From Verrucomicrobiota bacterium (GTDB lineage: Bacteria; Verrucomicrobiota; Verrucomicrobiia; Limisphaerales; Palsa-1400): a DNA stretch of 64,000 bases. Location of the stretch: positions 12,783 through 76,782 of the forward strand of contig JBEKVM010000029.1 in the NCBI GenBank assembly GCA_049513975.1, written 5' to 3'. Shown piece after piece: positions 50,505 through 60,964 of the stretch (positions are counted from its first letter, which is position 1; every line of letters starts with the position of its first letter). The translations under genes and the position numbers were made by a program. The notes beneath the pieces were generated by a model, which searched no databases, had not been told where the DNA came from, and saw only the letters and a program-made list of their open reading frames with translations.

Positions 50505-52505
50505 TCACCCCAACTCCGGTTTCCGGGTCAAAACCCAGATGTGGCTGCGAACGGCTTCGACTAATGGGTCCGCACTCGTCTGGTCAAGGCGGCGCAGGAT
50601 TTTTTCCCAGCGGTAGGCGAAGCTGCCGCCGGTGTCGTACTTGCAATGTTGGAAGAGGGTGTCGAAGGAGCGGCGGCGTTTGCGATAGTCTTCCTGGATG
50701 TGAACAAACCGCTCACGAAATGCGGTGAGATAGACCCGGGCGAATCCGGTTCCGTTGGACAGGAGTTTGGCCCGGGTGTTGACGGGCCGGGCGTAATGTT
50801 CGGCAAAGGCGTCCAACGGACGTTCGTATTCGCCGAAAGCGCCACTGTGATCGCTGACCAGAATCTCCGCCGGCAGCCCCTCCTCGTCTTCCCGGATGAC
50901 TTCGTCGCCATCGTCGAAGACCGGGGAGGCGCCCTGGTACAAAGCCCGGCCGACGATCATGTTGGAGGCGGCGGCCTTGCCAAGCAGGGTGGCCAGCCGG
51001 ATGGCGTAGTCGGCCCGCGCCAGTTTTTCCATGGGCACTTTGTCGCTGGCGACGCCTTCCAGATAGTCGCGCTCGAAGTAGGTGGTGCGAATGAGCTGCC
51101 CGCGATACTTTCCCGCCAGGCCAGTGTAGGTTTCGTTCAGGCGCCGCATGACGACACGGGAGGGCAGGTTCATGCCCAACTGGCGGCAGCCGAGCCTTCG
51201 ATCCAGCCAGTAATCGGTGTAATCGTCGCTTTCCTCGATGGATTGAAGAAGCTCCTTGCCTTCGTCCAGATGCTCCCACACGCCCCACTTGAGCAAGCGC
51301 ATGAAGCGTTTGATGGGCTGGTGCTCGCCGTGCGAGCGCAGTTCGGCCAGGTAAACGCCGCGGCGGCCCACCTTCTGCGGACGTTCCTTGGAGAGGGATT
51401 CGGGGAGGCGGCCGAGATTGATATATTCGATGTCTCCGTATTCCCGGATCATGTTGAAAATGATGCCTTTGGCTCGCGGATCAAACAGCTTTTGCAGGGC
51501 CTGATCCTCGGGATGACGGGCCGCCTCTTCGAAGAGGGGATCCAGGAGAAACTCGCCTTCCTCGAAACGGCCGCCGGGCAGCCACTCCACATGCAGATAG
51601 AATTCGGGGCTTAGTCCGCTGAGGATCTGGTCGGTCTGGGTTTCGCTGCCCTCGAGAAAGAGGGTCGCGATCATGCGATGGCCCCAGGCTTCATTGGCGC
51701 CATTATCCCGCTGGAAGGCCTCATGCACGGCGGAAATGAAATGGCGTTTGAGCGCCTCATATTGGGCGCGCAATTCAGCGGCGGCGAGCTGCCCGAAGAC
51801 CACGCCGGCAAAAAGGGCCGGGCCGCAATGCCGCAAATCCGCGGCAAAAAAATCCAGTTCCAGACGCCCCAGATGGTTGCGGCGGATCGAGTAGTTGGCA
51901 ATTTCCTGAAGCTGCCGCGCCAAGGCGGCGTCATCCAGAGCGCCCAGATTTGCGAACTCCGCGCAGGTCAGCCAGCGCGTGCCGGTCAGCCGGTTGTAGA
52001 AGTAAATGGGCAGCTCTTCAATCGCCACCTTGGAACTCAAGATCAGCCTGGCTTGCTCCTCCTTCGTCGTCGGGATGGCGCTGAGCCGCCAACACTCGCC
52101 CCGCCGCTTGATCGCCTCCCGCACGCGCCGGTCCGCCACCGAGAGGAACATAATCCGCCGCTTGGAAACCAGCTCCTGCAACAGTTCATCGGCGGCGAAG
52201 GCCAAATCCATCCGGGCGGGATTGGGGCGGATCAGGACCTGGCCGGGATCGAAAATGAGATCCACCGAGTTGCGGCAAATCTTTTCCTCTTCCTCCAGGC
52301 TGAGCGGTGCGAGCGCGTCTTTGGCCCGCTGGCGGTTGATCGACTCGAGGAAAGCAGACCGCTGGCACGCATGAACGTCCGGCGGCAGCGTGTAGAGCGT
52401 CTTCTGGCCCACAAACAAAGTCCCGATCCGCACCTTCTGCCGGCCCTGTTCGTCCCGTTCGAACGGAGGGGGCCCAATTAGTTCCAGTTCCAAATCCATG
52501 CTCAC
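50505..52505 (-). CDS. Large hypothetical protein (orphan), upstream of and co-directional with the Type III R-M operon
   Basis: 666-aa ORF with good coding texture. I recognise no family. Any resemblance to atypical (AceK-like) kinases is weak. Confidence 0.6.
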   Translation of the reverse strand: MSMDLELELIGPPPFERDEQGRQKVRIGTLFVGQKTLYTLPPDVHACQRSAFLESINRQRAKDALAPLSLEEEEKICRNSVDLIFDPGQVLIRPNPARMDLAFAADELLQELVSKRRIMFLSVADRRVREAIKRRGECWRLSAIPTTKEEQARLILSSKVAIEELPIYFYNRLTGTRWLTCAEFANLGALDDAALARQLQEIANYSIRRNHLGRLELDFFAADLRHCGPALFAGVVFGQLAAAELRAQYEALKRHFISAVHEAFQRDNGANEAWGHRMIATLFLEGSETQTDQILSGLSPEFYLHVEWLPGGRFEEGEFLLDPLFEEAARHPEDQALQKLFDPRAKGIIFNMIREYGDIEYINLGRLPESLSKERPQKVGRRGVYLAELRSHGEHQPIKRFMRLLKWGVWEHLDEGKELLQSIEESDDYTDYWLDRRLGCRQLGMNLPSRVVMRRLNETYTGLAGKYRGQLIRTTYFERDYLEGVASDKVPMEKLARADYAIRLATLLGKAAASNMIVGRALYQGASPVFDDGDEVIREDEEGLPAEILVSDHSGAFGEYERPLDAFAEHYARPVNTRAKLLSNGTGFARVYLTAFRERFVHIQEDYRKRRRSFDTLFQHCKYDTGGSFAYRWEKILRRLDQTSADPLVEAVRSHIWVLTRKPELG

Positions 52506-52656
52506 GCCCCAGTTTTAGCAGCAGACGGCGGAGACGGCAAGCAAGCGAAAGCGACGCCAGGCCGGAAAAAAGAAAAATGCGCGGCGAGGCATAATGAGAT
52601 TGGCGCTCCCGCAAGCGGGATGACTGCTCATAGAGCACTCTGGACGCCCCGGCACA

Positions 52657-52872
52657 ATGATCTCGAAACCGGTACTTAGAGCGATGCTCTTCGCCGCGCG
52701 ATGGTATTTATGCCACCCCGCTGAAAAAAAGCCAGCCGAAGTTATGGCCCTGTATTTCATGCACTACAATTTCGTCCGCATTCACCAGACCTTGCGGGTC
52801 ACGCCAGCGATGGAGGCGGGGATTGCCGACCACGTTTGGGGCATGGAAGAAATTGTGGCTCTCCTGCCTTGA
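52657..52872 (+). pseudogene. C-terminal fragment of a DDE transposase
   Basis: ALYFMHYNFVRIHQTLRVTPAMEAGIADHVW is typical of a transposase C-terminus. No catalytic N-terminal part is present. Confidence 0.6.
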
Positions 52873-52896
52873 TTTTCAGACGCGGCGGGTTCAGGT

Positions 52897-53277
52897 TTGT
52901 GTGGCGTTAATCCATCATTCATCATGCGTATCATTTTATTGCTTTTCATTACGGCTGCATTGCCAATCGCGTGGTTGGTTGCAGATTTCAAGGCCCCTCC
53001 AATCATCCGCCGCATTCTGGGCATTGTGACAATTTTATGGTCATTCGGGGTCGCCTCGTTGGTTGGGATTTTACAGGTCTTTGACGCCAATATCTATTTT
53101 ACAGGAGCCACTAAGGATTTGCTCACCAACTCGGTTCAGGCACTCAAGGCTGGTAAAACGGAGACAGTGATTCGGGAATGGGTGCGCGCTGATGACCAGT
53201 TTCACCCTACTTACGAAAATCGTGCGGCATACCAACAGATTGTGGATGGGGCAATCGAAGGGATGAAAAAACCATAA
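52897..53277 (+). CDS. Small membrane protein, AT-rich
   Basis: 126 aa with three hydrophobic helices. Composition differs clearly from the flanks. Confidence 0.5.
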   Translation: MCGVNPSFIMRIILLLFITAALPIAWLVADFKAPPIIRRILGIVTILWSFGVASLVGILQVFDANIYFTGATKDLLTNSVQALKAGKTETVIREWVRADDQFHPTYENRAAYQQIVDGAIEGMKKP

Positions 53278-53324
53278 ACGCCTCTTCGATTCAAATTGAT
53301 ACACTACCGAAGTTATTCACAAAA

Positions 53325-55196
53325 CTATTCACCGTCCCGCCCGCCGCCGTCCCCGGGAGGCGGATGGGCGGGTTCGTCCGGCTGCTTGTGAAACTGGAGG
53401 CTGTGCAGCTTGTGATAAACGCCGCCCAGGGCCAGCAGTTCGGCGTGGCGGCCCGTTTCCACAATCCGTCCCTCGTCAAGAACAAGGATAACGTCGGCGT
53501 GCTGCACGGTGGAAAGGCGGTGGGCGATGCAAATGGTGGTCCGCCCTTTCATCAGTTCATCCAGCGCGGCCTGCACCATGCGCTCCGATTCGCTGTCCAG
53601 CGAACTGGTGGCTTCATCCAGGACGAGGATGGGCGCGTTTTTCAAAATGGCCCGGGCAATGGAAAGCCGCTGCCGCTGCCCGCCGGAAAGGGTCACGCCT
53701 TTCTCCCCAATCCCCGCTTCATAGCCGCCCGTCTTCTCCATGATGAATTCGTGGGCATGGGCGTGTCTGGCCGCTTCCTCCACTTCGCCGGCGCTGGCGC
53801 CGGGCCGCCCGCAGGCGATGTTGTTGCGAATGGTGTCGTTGAAAAGAATGACCTCCTGGGTGACGACGGCGATCTGGGAGTGAAGGTCGTGCAGGGCCAC
53901 CTCGCGCAAGTCCACCCCGCCGATGCGCACGGCGCCCGCCGTGGGATCGTAGAAGCGCAAGAGCAGGTTGGTCAGCGTGGTTTTGCCGGAGCCGGTCCGG
54001 CCGACCAGGGCCACCATCCGGCCGGGTTTGACTTTCAACTGGATGTCGCGCAGGACCAGACCGGCTCCATAGCCGAAGCTGACGTTGTCAAAATGAATTT
54101 CCGCGCCGGCGGCGCGCAGCGGCGCCGGTTGGGCGGCGTCGGTCAGGGTGTTGGGGATGGCGAGCAGTTCAAAGACCCGCTGGGTGGCGGCCTGGGCCTG
54201 GGTCATCTGGCTGTGCAGGCGGATCAGGTTTTTAATGGGGGCGTAGAGCATGAGCAGCGCGGTGACAAAAGTGAGAAATTCGAGCGAGGTCGAACGGCCG
54301 GCCATATAGAGAAACATTCCGGCGATGCCGAGGGAGCCTGCGAATTCAATCAACGGTCCCGGAGATTCGGTGGCGCGGACCACCCGCATGCAGTTGCTGC
54401 GGAAGATACTCACGCTGGCTTTGAACTGGTTGACCACCACCGCTTCCAGATTGTAAGCCTTGATGATGCGGTTGCCGGTGAAGGATTCGTGCATGACTTT
54501 GCCCAGCGCGGCCAGTTCGGTTTGGATGGCCGCGCCGGCCCGCCGGACTTTGCGGCTGTAAACCGTAATCGGAATCATGCACAACGGAAACACCAGCAAA
54601 GAGATGACTGTCAATTTCGGTTCCACCTTGACCATCATGTATAAATAGGTCAGGAGGGTGACGGGACAAGAAATCAGGGTGACCAGGGAGACGGCGATCA
54701 TATTCTGCAGGACCAGAACGTCGCTGTTGCGCGAGATCAATTCACCCGTGCTGTTTTTTGTGAAGAAACTCAGGGGCAGGTTGAGCAGATGCTCGAACAG
54801 CCGGACGCGCAAATCGCAGATGGTGCGCAACGCCACCCAGGCCATGAGATACGAACTGAGATAGGCCACGATGCCGCGCACCAACACCACCAAAGGGATC
54901 AGGCTCACGATCAGGATCTTCCAAGTCATGGAGCCGGCCGTCTGGGCGGCGACCCACTGTTTCATCTGGATAAACATTTCGCGCACCCAGCCCGGCACCC
55001 AATGCGGCACGGCGCCGGCCAGTTTTTGCAAATCCTCCGGGTGATTATTCGTAAACATCACGCAGAAAACAAATGCCGCCGTTCCCAGGACCAGCGGCTG
55101 GCCAAGCCCGTTCAAAATTCCAAAAAACACCCCCAGGAGGAACCGTCCCTTGTAGGGCCGGTTTAATTCCCACAGCTTAAAAAGAAATTTAATCAT
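53325..55196 (-). CDS. msbA: ABC transporter permease/ATPase fusion (MsbA-like lipid exporter)
   Basis: Six TM segments plus Walker A GRTGSGKTT, LSGGQRQR and Walker B ILVLDEATS. Start MIKFLFKLW at 55196. Confidence 0.8.
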   Translation of the reverse strand: MIKFLFKLWELNRPYKGRFLLGVFFGILNGLGQPLVLGTAAFVFCVMFTNNHPEDLQKLAGAVPHWVPGWVREMFIQMKQWVAAQTAGSMTWKILIVSLIPLVVLVRGIVAYLSSYLMAWVALRTICDLRVRLFEHLLNLPLSFFTKNSTGELISRNSDVLVLQNMIAVSLVTLISCPVTLLTYLYMMVKVEPKLTVISLLVFPLCMIPITVYSRKVRRAGAAIQTELAALGKVMHESFTGNRIIKAYNLEAVVVNQFKASVSIFRSNCMRVVRATESPGPLIEFAGSLGIAGMFLYMAGRSTSLEFLTFVTALLMLYAPIKNLIRLHSQMTQAQAATQRVFELLAIPNTLTDAAQPAPLRAAGAEIHFDNVSFGYGAGLVLRDIQLKVKPGRMVALVGRTGSGKTTLTNLLLRFYDPTAGAVRIGGVDLREVALHDLHSQIAVVTQEVILFNDTIRNNIACGRPGASAGEVEEAARHAHAHEFIMEKTGGYEAGIGEKGVTLSGGQRQRLSIARAILKNAPILVLDEATSSLDSESERMVQAALDELMKGRTTICIAHRLSTVQHADVILVLDEGRIVETGRHAELLALGGVYHKLHSLQFHKQPDEPAHPPPGDGGGRDGE

Positions 55197-55233
55197 GCGC
55201 GCTTCGGCCAGTATGCCCCGTGGGGCGCAAACT

Positions 55234-56319
55234 TCAAAGTTTAAGGTGCTGGGCGGAAATGGGCCACAGGGGGCGAATGGCATCAAACACCTCGGTCACA
55301 GAAATGGAGGCCAGACACTCGGCCCCGCCCCGGGCCTGGCAATCGTTCCGGCCCGTTTCAATGCAACGGCAGCCCGCCGCCAGAAACTTGTGCTGGAGTG
55401 TCGCGGGCGGCAGCCATTCCTTCAACCCGGGATATTTGCGGAAGAGGGTGAAGGTGGAAACGCCCAGGGCCACGGCCAGATGCAAGACGCCGGAATCCGC
55501 GCCGAGGTGCAGCCGGCAGCGTTGCAGCAACGCCGCCAATTGTCCGAGGCTCAGGCCCGGCAGACACAGCAGCCGCGCATCGGGCACGGCGTCGCCCAGC
55601 CGGTCCAGCCGTTCCGACTCACGGGCGTTGGCCGCGGCGGTGGCCACCAGTTGCACGGCCGGGTCGCTCTCCAGAATCATCCTGGCCAGTTCCACCCAGT
55701 TTTCCAGCGGCCATTCCTTGAGCGGCGTGCTGGCGTTGATGGAAAGGTGAATGGCATTGGCCGGGATGTTGGCCGCGGCCGATTCCCGCGCTTTCTCCGG
55801 CACGCGCAAATCAAACCGGGGCGGCTCCAGCGAGAAACCCGCCGCCGCCAGCACGTTCCGCCGTTGCGCGTAAACCGGGAGATCCCGCCCTTGCCGCGGC
55901 ACCCAATTCCCAATCACCCACCGGTTCCAAAAATGGCGGCGCCCGCCCTCCTGCGCCAACTGCCACTTCGCGCCCGTCAACGCCGTCAGGAAAATCGTGC
56001 GGTCCGATCCGCTGAAATTAAAGGCCGCGTCATACTTTTCCCGACGCAACGCGCCGATAATGTCCCAATGCCGCCACCAGGCCGGGCTTTGCGGCGTCAG
56101 CGGAAACGCCCAGGCCCGGTCCACACACGGGGCCAAACCGAGCAATTCCGCCCCGACCGCGGCGGACAAAGTATGAAGCTGCGCCGCCGGATAATGCCGT
56201 TTGATTTCCCACAACGCCGGAACCAGATGGACCGAATCGCCGAGGAAGCCCAAATCCACCACGATGATTTTGCGCGCCGATTTGGTTTGCTCGTAAAAAT
56301 TTGCGCCCACAGCCTGCAT
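55234..56319 (-). CDS. GT9-family glycosyltransferase (LPS heptosyltransferase-like)
   Basis: KIIVVDLGFLGDSVHLVPAL and C-terminal GADSGVLHLAVALG motifs. Confidence 0.8.
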   Translation of the reverse strand: MQAVGANFYEQTKSARKIIVVDLGFLGDSVHLVPALWEIKRHYPAAQLHTLSAAVGAELLGLAPCVDRAWAFPLTPQSPAWWRHWDIIGALRREKYDAAFNFSGSDRTIFLTALTGAKWQLAQEGGRRHFWNRWVIGNWVPRQGRDLPVYAQRRNVLAAAGFSLEPPRFDLRVPEKARESAAANIPANAIHLSINASTPLKEWPLENWVELARMILESDPAVQLVATAAANARESERLDRLGDAVPDARLLCLPGLSLGQLAALLQRCRLHLGADSGVLHLAVALGVSTFTLFRKYPGLKEWLPPATLQHKFLAAGCRCIETGRNDCQARGGAECLASISVTEVFDAIRPLWPISAQHLKL

Positions 56320-56509
56320 GTCGTCCTCTACTTAATGGCAACCCGCCGGATTGGCGAGAGCAAAATCATCCGGGACAGACGCATCCCAATTGACGGCATG
56401 GGGCATACCCATAAATGTCTTTTCTGTCGCCGACCTCATCCACCACCAGGCACGCGCCTTCCAGTGCAAGAAGCCGCTTCTTCATTTTGCATTCTTCATT
56501 CTGCCTTTT

Positions 56510-56620
56510 CTTCAAACCGGGGCTTGACAAAAATTAGAACCTATGGTTGAATTGCCAGCGTGAGACACGTAGGCAGAGTCCAAGGCCGCCTCCGGGAGGA
56601 TGCGCCCAGCGCAGGCGCGG
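56510..56620 (+). ncRNA. Conserved non-coding block, copy B
   Basis: See 22070..22180. Contains TTGACA at 56524..56529. Preceded by a heptad-repeat arm (56480..56508). Confidence 0.45.
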
Positions 56621-57007
56621 AGCGAAAGGCGGCGTCCCAAACCAGGAGAAGATTTCTGCCACAAACGAACGCAAGCAACACAGAGACAAGAGGTTATGCT
56701 GTTTTTTTCTTTGGGATTCTTAACGCAAAGTCGCAAGGGCGCGGCGCAAAGAGTTTTTTCCGCCTTGGCCTCTTGGCGTCTTGGCGACTCTTGCCCCGAA
56801 AGCTCTCGGGGTTGACAGTTGAACACTCTTTTTTAGCCGTGGAATCCGCGGTTCAATTTGTTTGTTTGAGCCTCCGTCGCGCTGTGCTCTTTTGTGGCAA
56901 ATTCGTTTTGATTGCGGCCCCTTGCGTGGCGCCTTTTGCGCCTTTTTGCGGTGAATCAACACAAGCGCCTCTCCATGAACAACTTGCGCGCAAAAACGAG
57001 CTTTCCC

Positions 57008-57050
57008 AATCAAGGCCAATCAAGTCCAATCAAGGTAAATCAAGGTATTT
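57008..57050. repeat. (CAATCAAGKY)x4 tandem repeat
   Basis: CAATCAAGGCCAATCAAGTCCAATCAAGGTAAATCAAGGT. Confidence 0.8.
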
Positions 57051-57328
57051 TCCATGGCCTCTGCGTCATCAAAATGGTTGAATTCGCGCCATCACGAAGC
57101 CCCTCCCGATCCGGGTTCACCTCCATCCCTGTATGGCTAAATATGAGTAAACACGACCAAATACGACCAAATACGACCCATGCACAAATCCCCAACGGAA
57201 AAATCTCCCGGCTTCCCCGCGACATTCGTGAGCAGACCCACTCCCAGTTGCGCGACGGCCATTCCGCCGGGCCAATCGTTCAGAACTGTGAATTATGACT
57301 GACTTGGGCGGACGGAACTGGTAAAATA

Positions 57329-57565
57329 ATGAGCATGAAAATGGCGACAACCCCGGCGGAGCAGCGGCGCTGGATGCGACAATGGCGCGAGGCGGCCATT
57401 ATGCTGGATGAGGTTAAGCGGGATGAATTGGCCAACCTCACCGAGCATGAGGCGTGGCGGCAAATCGAGGGGCTGCTTTCCCTCGCTCCTTACTACCGCC
57501 GCCTCTCGCGCACCTCCGGCCTGGTCAAACAGCAGGCTTGGTTTCACAAACGGAACAGGAAATGA
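57329..57565 (+). CDS. Small helical protein, putative antitoxin partner
   Basis: 78 aa. Its stop overlaps the next start (ATGA). Confidence 0.45.
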   Translation: MSMKMATTPAEQRRWMRQWREAAIMLDEVKRDELANLTEHEAWRQIEGLLSLAPYYRRLSRTSGLVKQQAWFHKRNRK

Positions 57566-58173
57566 ACAATGTCATCGCCGCCGCGCTTGAGTTACAGGCA
57601 GTTTGCCAGCAGCACGGCTGGCGATTTTGTTTTATTGGCGGAATCGCGGTGCAGCGCTGGAGCGAACCCAGATTCACGAACGATGCGGACCTTACTTTGC
57701 TGACCGGTTTTGGCTCGGAGAACGCCTTTATCCGGCCTCTGCTCGAGGTCTTTGTCCCCAGGAGACCCGATGCCGCTGAGTTTGCGTTGCGCAGCCGCGT
57801 TCTGCTCCTCAAGAATTCCGAAGGCGTTGGTCTGGATGTTGCCTTGGGCGCGTCCCCGTTTGAAACGCACACCATTGAGCGATCCTCGCCGTTTGTGTTT
57901 CCCACCGGCCAGTCTCTTATTACCTGCTCGGCTGAAGATTTGCTGGTGCATAAATGCTTCGCCAACCGCGACAAGGATTGGCTGGATGTGGACGGCATCC
58001 TGGCGCGGCAGTGGAATAAACTGAATTTAAAACTGGTGCGGACGGAATTGAAGCCGCTGGCGGAGTTGAAGGAGGAGCCGGAGATTATCGCCCGGCTCGA
58101 AGAAAAGATCGCCCGCCACAACCAGCCCTTCACCCGCATCAAACCCACCAAACCGAGGAAAAAACGACGGTGA
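57562..58173 (+). CDS. Nucleotidyltransferase-fold protein (AbiEii/MNT-like)
   Basis: Start MNNVIAAALE at 57562. GGIAVQRW...TNDADL pattern typical of minimal nucleotidyltransferases. Confidence 0.55.
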   Translation: MNNVIAAALELQAVCQQHGWRFCFIGGIAVQRWSEPRFTNDADLTLLTGFGSENAFIRPLLEVFVPRRPDAAEFALRSRVLLLKNSEGVGLDVALGASPFETHTIERSSPFVFPTGQSLITCSAEDLLVHKCFANRDKDWLDVDGILARQWNKLNLKLVRTELKPLAELKEEPEIIARLEEKIARHNQPFTRIKPTKPRKKRR

Positions 58174-58961
58174 ATAAATTGCCCATCTCGGTCTGCATGA
58201 TTTCCGGCGCGGAAGCCCAACGGATCGGCCATGCCCTGGCCAGCGTGGCGGGATGGACTTCCGAGATTATTGTCGTGCTGAACGAGGATGTGGCCGACGG
58301 CACGGACCAGATCGCGGCCTCCCATGGCGCCAGGGTTTTTCGCGAGGCGTGGAAGGGCCACATCGCCCAAAAGAATTCCGCCATGCAAAAGGCAACCCAA
58401 CCCTGGATTCTGGGATTGGACGCCGACGAAGCAGTTTCGGAGGAATTGCGCGACGAAATTCTGGCTCTCCAACTCCCGTTCTCAAACTGTGCCGCCTACA
58501 GTTTTCCGCGCCGCACTTTTTTTCTTGGCCGGTGGATTCGTCATGGCGACTGGTATCCAGACCGTTGCGCCCGGCTGTGGCAGCAGGGGAAAGCCCGCTG
58601 GGAGGGCGTTGATCCCCATGATTCCTTGCGGGTGGACGGCGCCACCGGCAAGTTGCGTCACGACCTGCTCCATTATTCCAATCCCAACATCAGCAGCTAC
58701 GTGCGGAAAATCAATTACTTCGCCGATCTGCATCTGCAACGGCAACTGGCCGAAAAGGCGCGCTGGTCCGCCGCCGGCGCCATTTTTCGCGCAGCCTGGC
58801 GCTTTGTGCGCGCGTATTTTTTCCGCCTGGGATTCCTGGATGGGTATCCCGGCTTTTTCATCGCGGCTTCCACCGCCTATTCCACCCTCGTCCGGCACAG
58901 CCGCCTCTTCGAGCATTTGCAAACCGCCCAGCCGCCATGCGCGCCCCCTCAATCTCGTTGA
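58170..58961 (+). CDS. GT2-family glycosyltransferase
   Basis: ISVCMISGAEAQRI..., LGLDADE (DxD). Confidence 0.8.
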   Translation: MNKLPISVCMISGAEAQRIGHALASVAGWTSEIIVVLNEDVADGTDQIAASHGARVFREAWKGHIAQKNSAMQKATQPWILGLDADEAVSEELRDEILALQLPFSNCAAYSFPRRTFFLGRWIRHGDWYPDRCARLWQQGKARWEGVDPHDSLRVDGATGKLRHDLLHYSNPNISSYVRKINYFADLHLQRQLAEKARWSAAGAIFRAAWRFVRAYFFRLGFLDGYPGFFIAASTAYSTLVRHSRLFEHLQTAQPPCAPPQSR

Positions 58962-59749
58962 TCATTTCCACCTACGAGCGGCCCGGCCCGCTGGAGCAGG
59001 TCTTGCAGGGCGTCCGGCGCCAGTCGGAAATGCCGCTGGAGATTTTGATTGCGGACGACGGCTCCGGCCCCGCCACCCGCGCCTTGATCAGCCAATGGCA
59101 GGCACGGCTGGCCGCCCCCTTGCGCCACCTCTGGCAGCCCGACCAGGGCTTCCGCAAAACCCTCATTCTCAACCAGGCGGTCGCGGCGGCCAAAGGCGAT
59201 TACATCGTCCTGCTCGACGGGGATTGCGTGCCGCATGCAAAATTCATCGCCGACCACGGCGCGCTGGCGGAAAAAAATTTCTGGGTGCAGGGCCGCCGCT
59301 GTTTTGTGCGGGAAAAGTTCGCCCCGGCCTTTTCCGCCGCCGCCACGCCCGTCTGCCAATGGATGCTGGCTGGACGAATCACCGGCCTGGCCAAGGCGGT
59401 TCACCTTCCCTTTCCGCTGGTGCGCCGCAACACCGGCCAGCGCGGCATCATCGGCTGCAACATGGGATTCTGGCGCGAGGACCTTCTCGCCATCAACGGG
59501 TTCGACGAGGAATATACCGGGTGGGGCATTGGCGAGGACTCCGACCTGGGCACGCGGCTTTACCATCTGGGCCGGCCGCGCAAATTTGTTTATGGCCACG
59601 CCATTGTTTATCATCTGAACCACCCCATGCTCGGTCGCAGCCACCTCGAAGCCAGCCGCCAGCGCCTGGCCGAAACCATCCGCTCCGGCAAAATCCGTTG
59701 TGCGCGCGGGATCGAACCATATCTTCCCAACGCCGCCCGGCCCGCATGA
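58937..59749 (+). CDS. GT2-family glycosyltransferase
   Basis: ISLIISTYERP..., LLDGDCVP (DxD). Confidence 0.8.
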   Translation: MRAPSISLIISTYERPGPLEQVLQGVRRQSEMPLEILIADDGSGPATRALISQWQARLAAPLRHLWQPDQGFRKTLILNQAVAAAKGDYIVLLDGDCVPHAKFIADHGALAEKNFWVQGRRCFVREKFAPAFSAAATPVCQWMLAGRITGLAKAVHLPFPLVRRNTGQRGIIGCNMGFWREDLLAINGFDEEYTGWGIGEDSDLGTRLYHLGRPRKFVYGHAIVYHLNHPMLGRSHLEASRQRLAETIRSGKIRCARGIEPYLPNAARPA

Positions 59750-60957
59750 AATCCACCCTTGAAGCGGACCGCGTGAAATTGCGGATTTTGCATCTCAATT
59801 CCCTCCTCACCGGCGGCGGGACTGACGACCAATGCGTCCAACTGGCGGCCGGGCTGCAGCAACTGGGCCAGCACGTCATGCTCGCCGGTCCGGGCGGGCG
59901 GGATTTTTCCAAAATCATCGCCGCTGCCGGGCTGCCGTTCCTGGACACGGGAAATGATGCGTCCAAGTTTAGATATATACTGCGCGCGGCCCGTTGGATT
60001 CGCCTGGAAAAAATTCAAATTGTCCACGGCCACCACGGACGCGACCTGTGGCCCGCGATTTTCGCCGCAAAAATGTCCGGCGCAAAACCGAAGATTGTCC
60101 TCACCCGCCACCTGGCGAAAAGCCCCGCCTCCTTCGCCAGCCGCCGTTTCTTGCTCGGCCAATGCGACGCGCTCATCGCCGTTTCCGAATTCGTGGCGCG
60201 CGTCCTGCGCGAAGGGATTTATGAGCCGGATTCGCCGGAGAAGGAACGGCGCCGCCGTCCGCCGCTGCGCGGGGATTTTAGCAAGATTCATGTCATTTAC
60301 GGCGGGATTGACACCGGCCGGTTCCGCCCCTCCGGCGCGGCGGAGAAAAGGCGCGAGCTGGGGTTGGAGCCCGGGCATTTCGCGTTTGCCGTGGTGGGCG
60401 GTTATGATTTGCCGCGCGGCAAAGGCCAGCGCGAGTTTTTGATGGCCGCGGCCCGGGTGCATGAGAAAATTCCGCGGGCGCGGTTTCTCATCATTGGCCG
60501 CGGCAGCATGGCGGGGATTTTGCGGGCGGACATCGCGCGCCTCGGACTGGCCGGCAAAGCGTGGCTGACGCCGTACGCGGCGGACATGCCTTCCGTTATG
60601 AACGCCATTGATTGCCTGGTGCATCCGCAGATTGGCACCGAAGCGCTGGGGTTGGTCATCTGCGAAGCGCACGCCTGCGGCAAACCGGTCATCGCGTCCG
60701 CGCTGGACGGAATTCCGGAGGCCTTTCGCGCCGGCAATTATGGGCGGCTGGTGGCGCCCGAAAACGTCGCCGAACTGGCCGGGGCGATGGAGGCGCAGGC
60801 GGCCCAGCCGGGGCTGGACGCCGCCGCCGCCGCCGCCCTCCACGAAAAAGTGACGCGCGTCTTCTCCCTGGAACGCTCCGCCAAAGAGGTCTTGCGGCTC
60901 TATGGTGATTTGTTATCGTGCGCCAGTTTTACCGCCAGCCCGCCGCCAGGCGGTTGA
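59746..60957 (+). CDS. GT4-family glycosyltransferase
   Basis: ATG at 59746 overlaps the previous stop. LRILHLNSLLTGGGTD... and E..GLVICEAHACGKPVIAS motif. Confidence 0.8.
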   Translation: MKSTLEADRVKLRILHLNSLLTGGGTDDQCVQLAAGLQQLGQHVMLAGPGGRDFSKIIAAAGLPFLDTGNDASKFRYILRAARWIRLEKIQIVHGHHGRDLWPAIFAAKMSGAKPKIVLTRHLAKSPASFASRRFLLGQCDALIAVSEFVARVLREGIYEPDSPEKERRRRPPLRGDFSKIHVIYGGIDTGRFRPSGAAEKRRELGLEPGHFAFAVVGGYDLPRGKGQREFLMAAARVHEKIPRARFLIIGRGSMAGILRADIARLGLAGKAWLTPYAADMPSVMNAIDCLVHPQIGTEALGLVICEAHACGKPVIASALDGIPEAFRAGNYGRLVAPENVAELAGAMEAQAAQPGLDAAAAAALHEKVTRVFSLERSAKEVLRLYGDLLSCASFTASPPPGG

Positions 60958-60964
60958 AAAGAAC

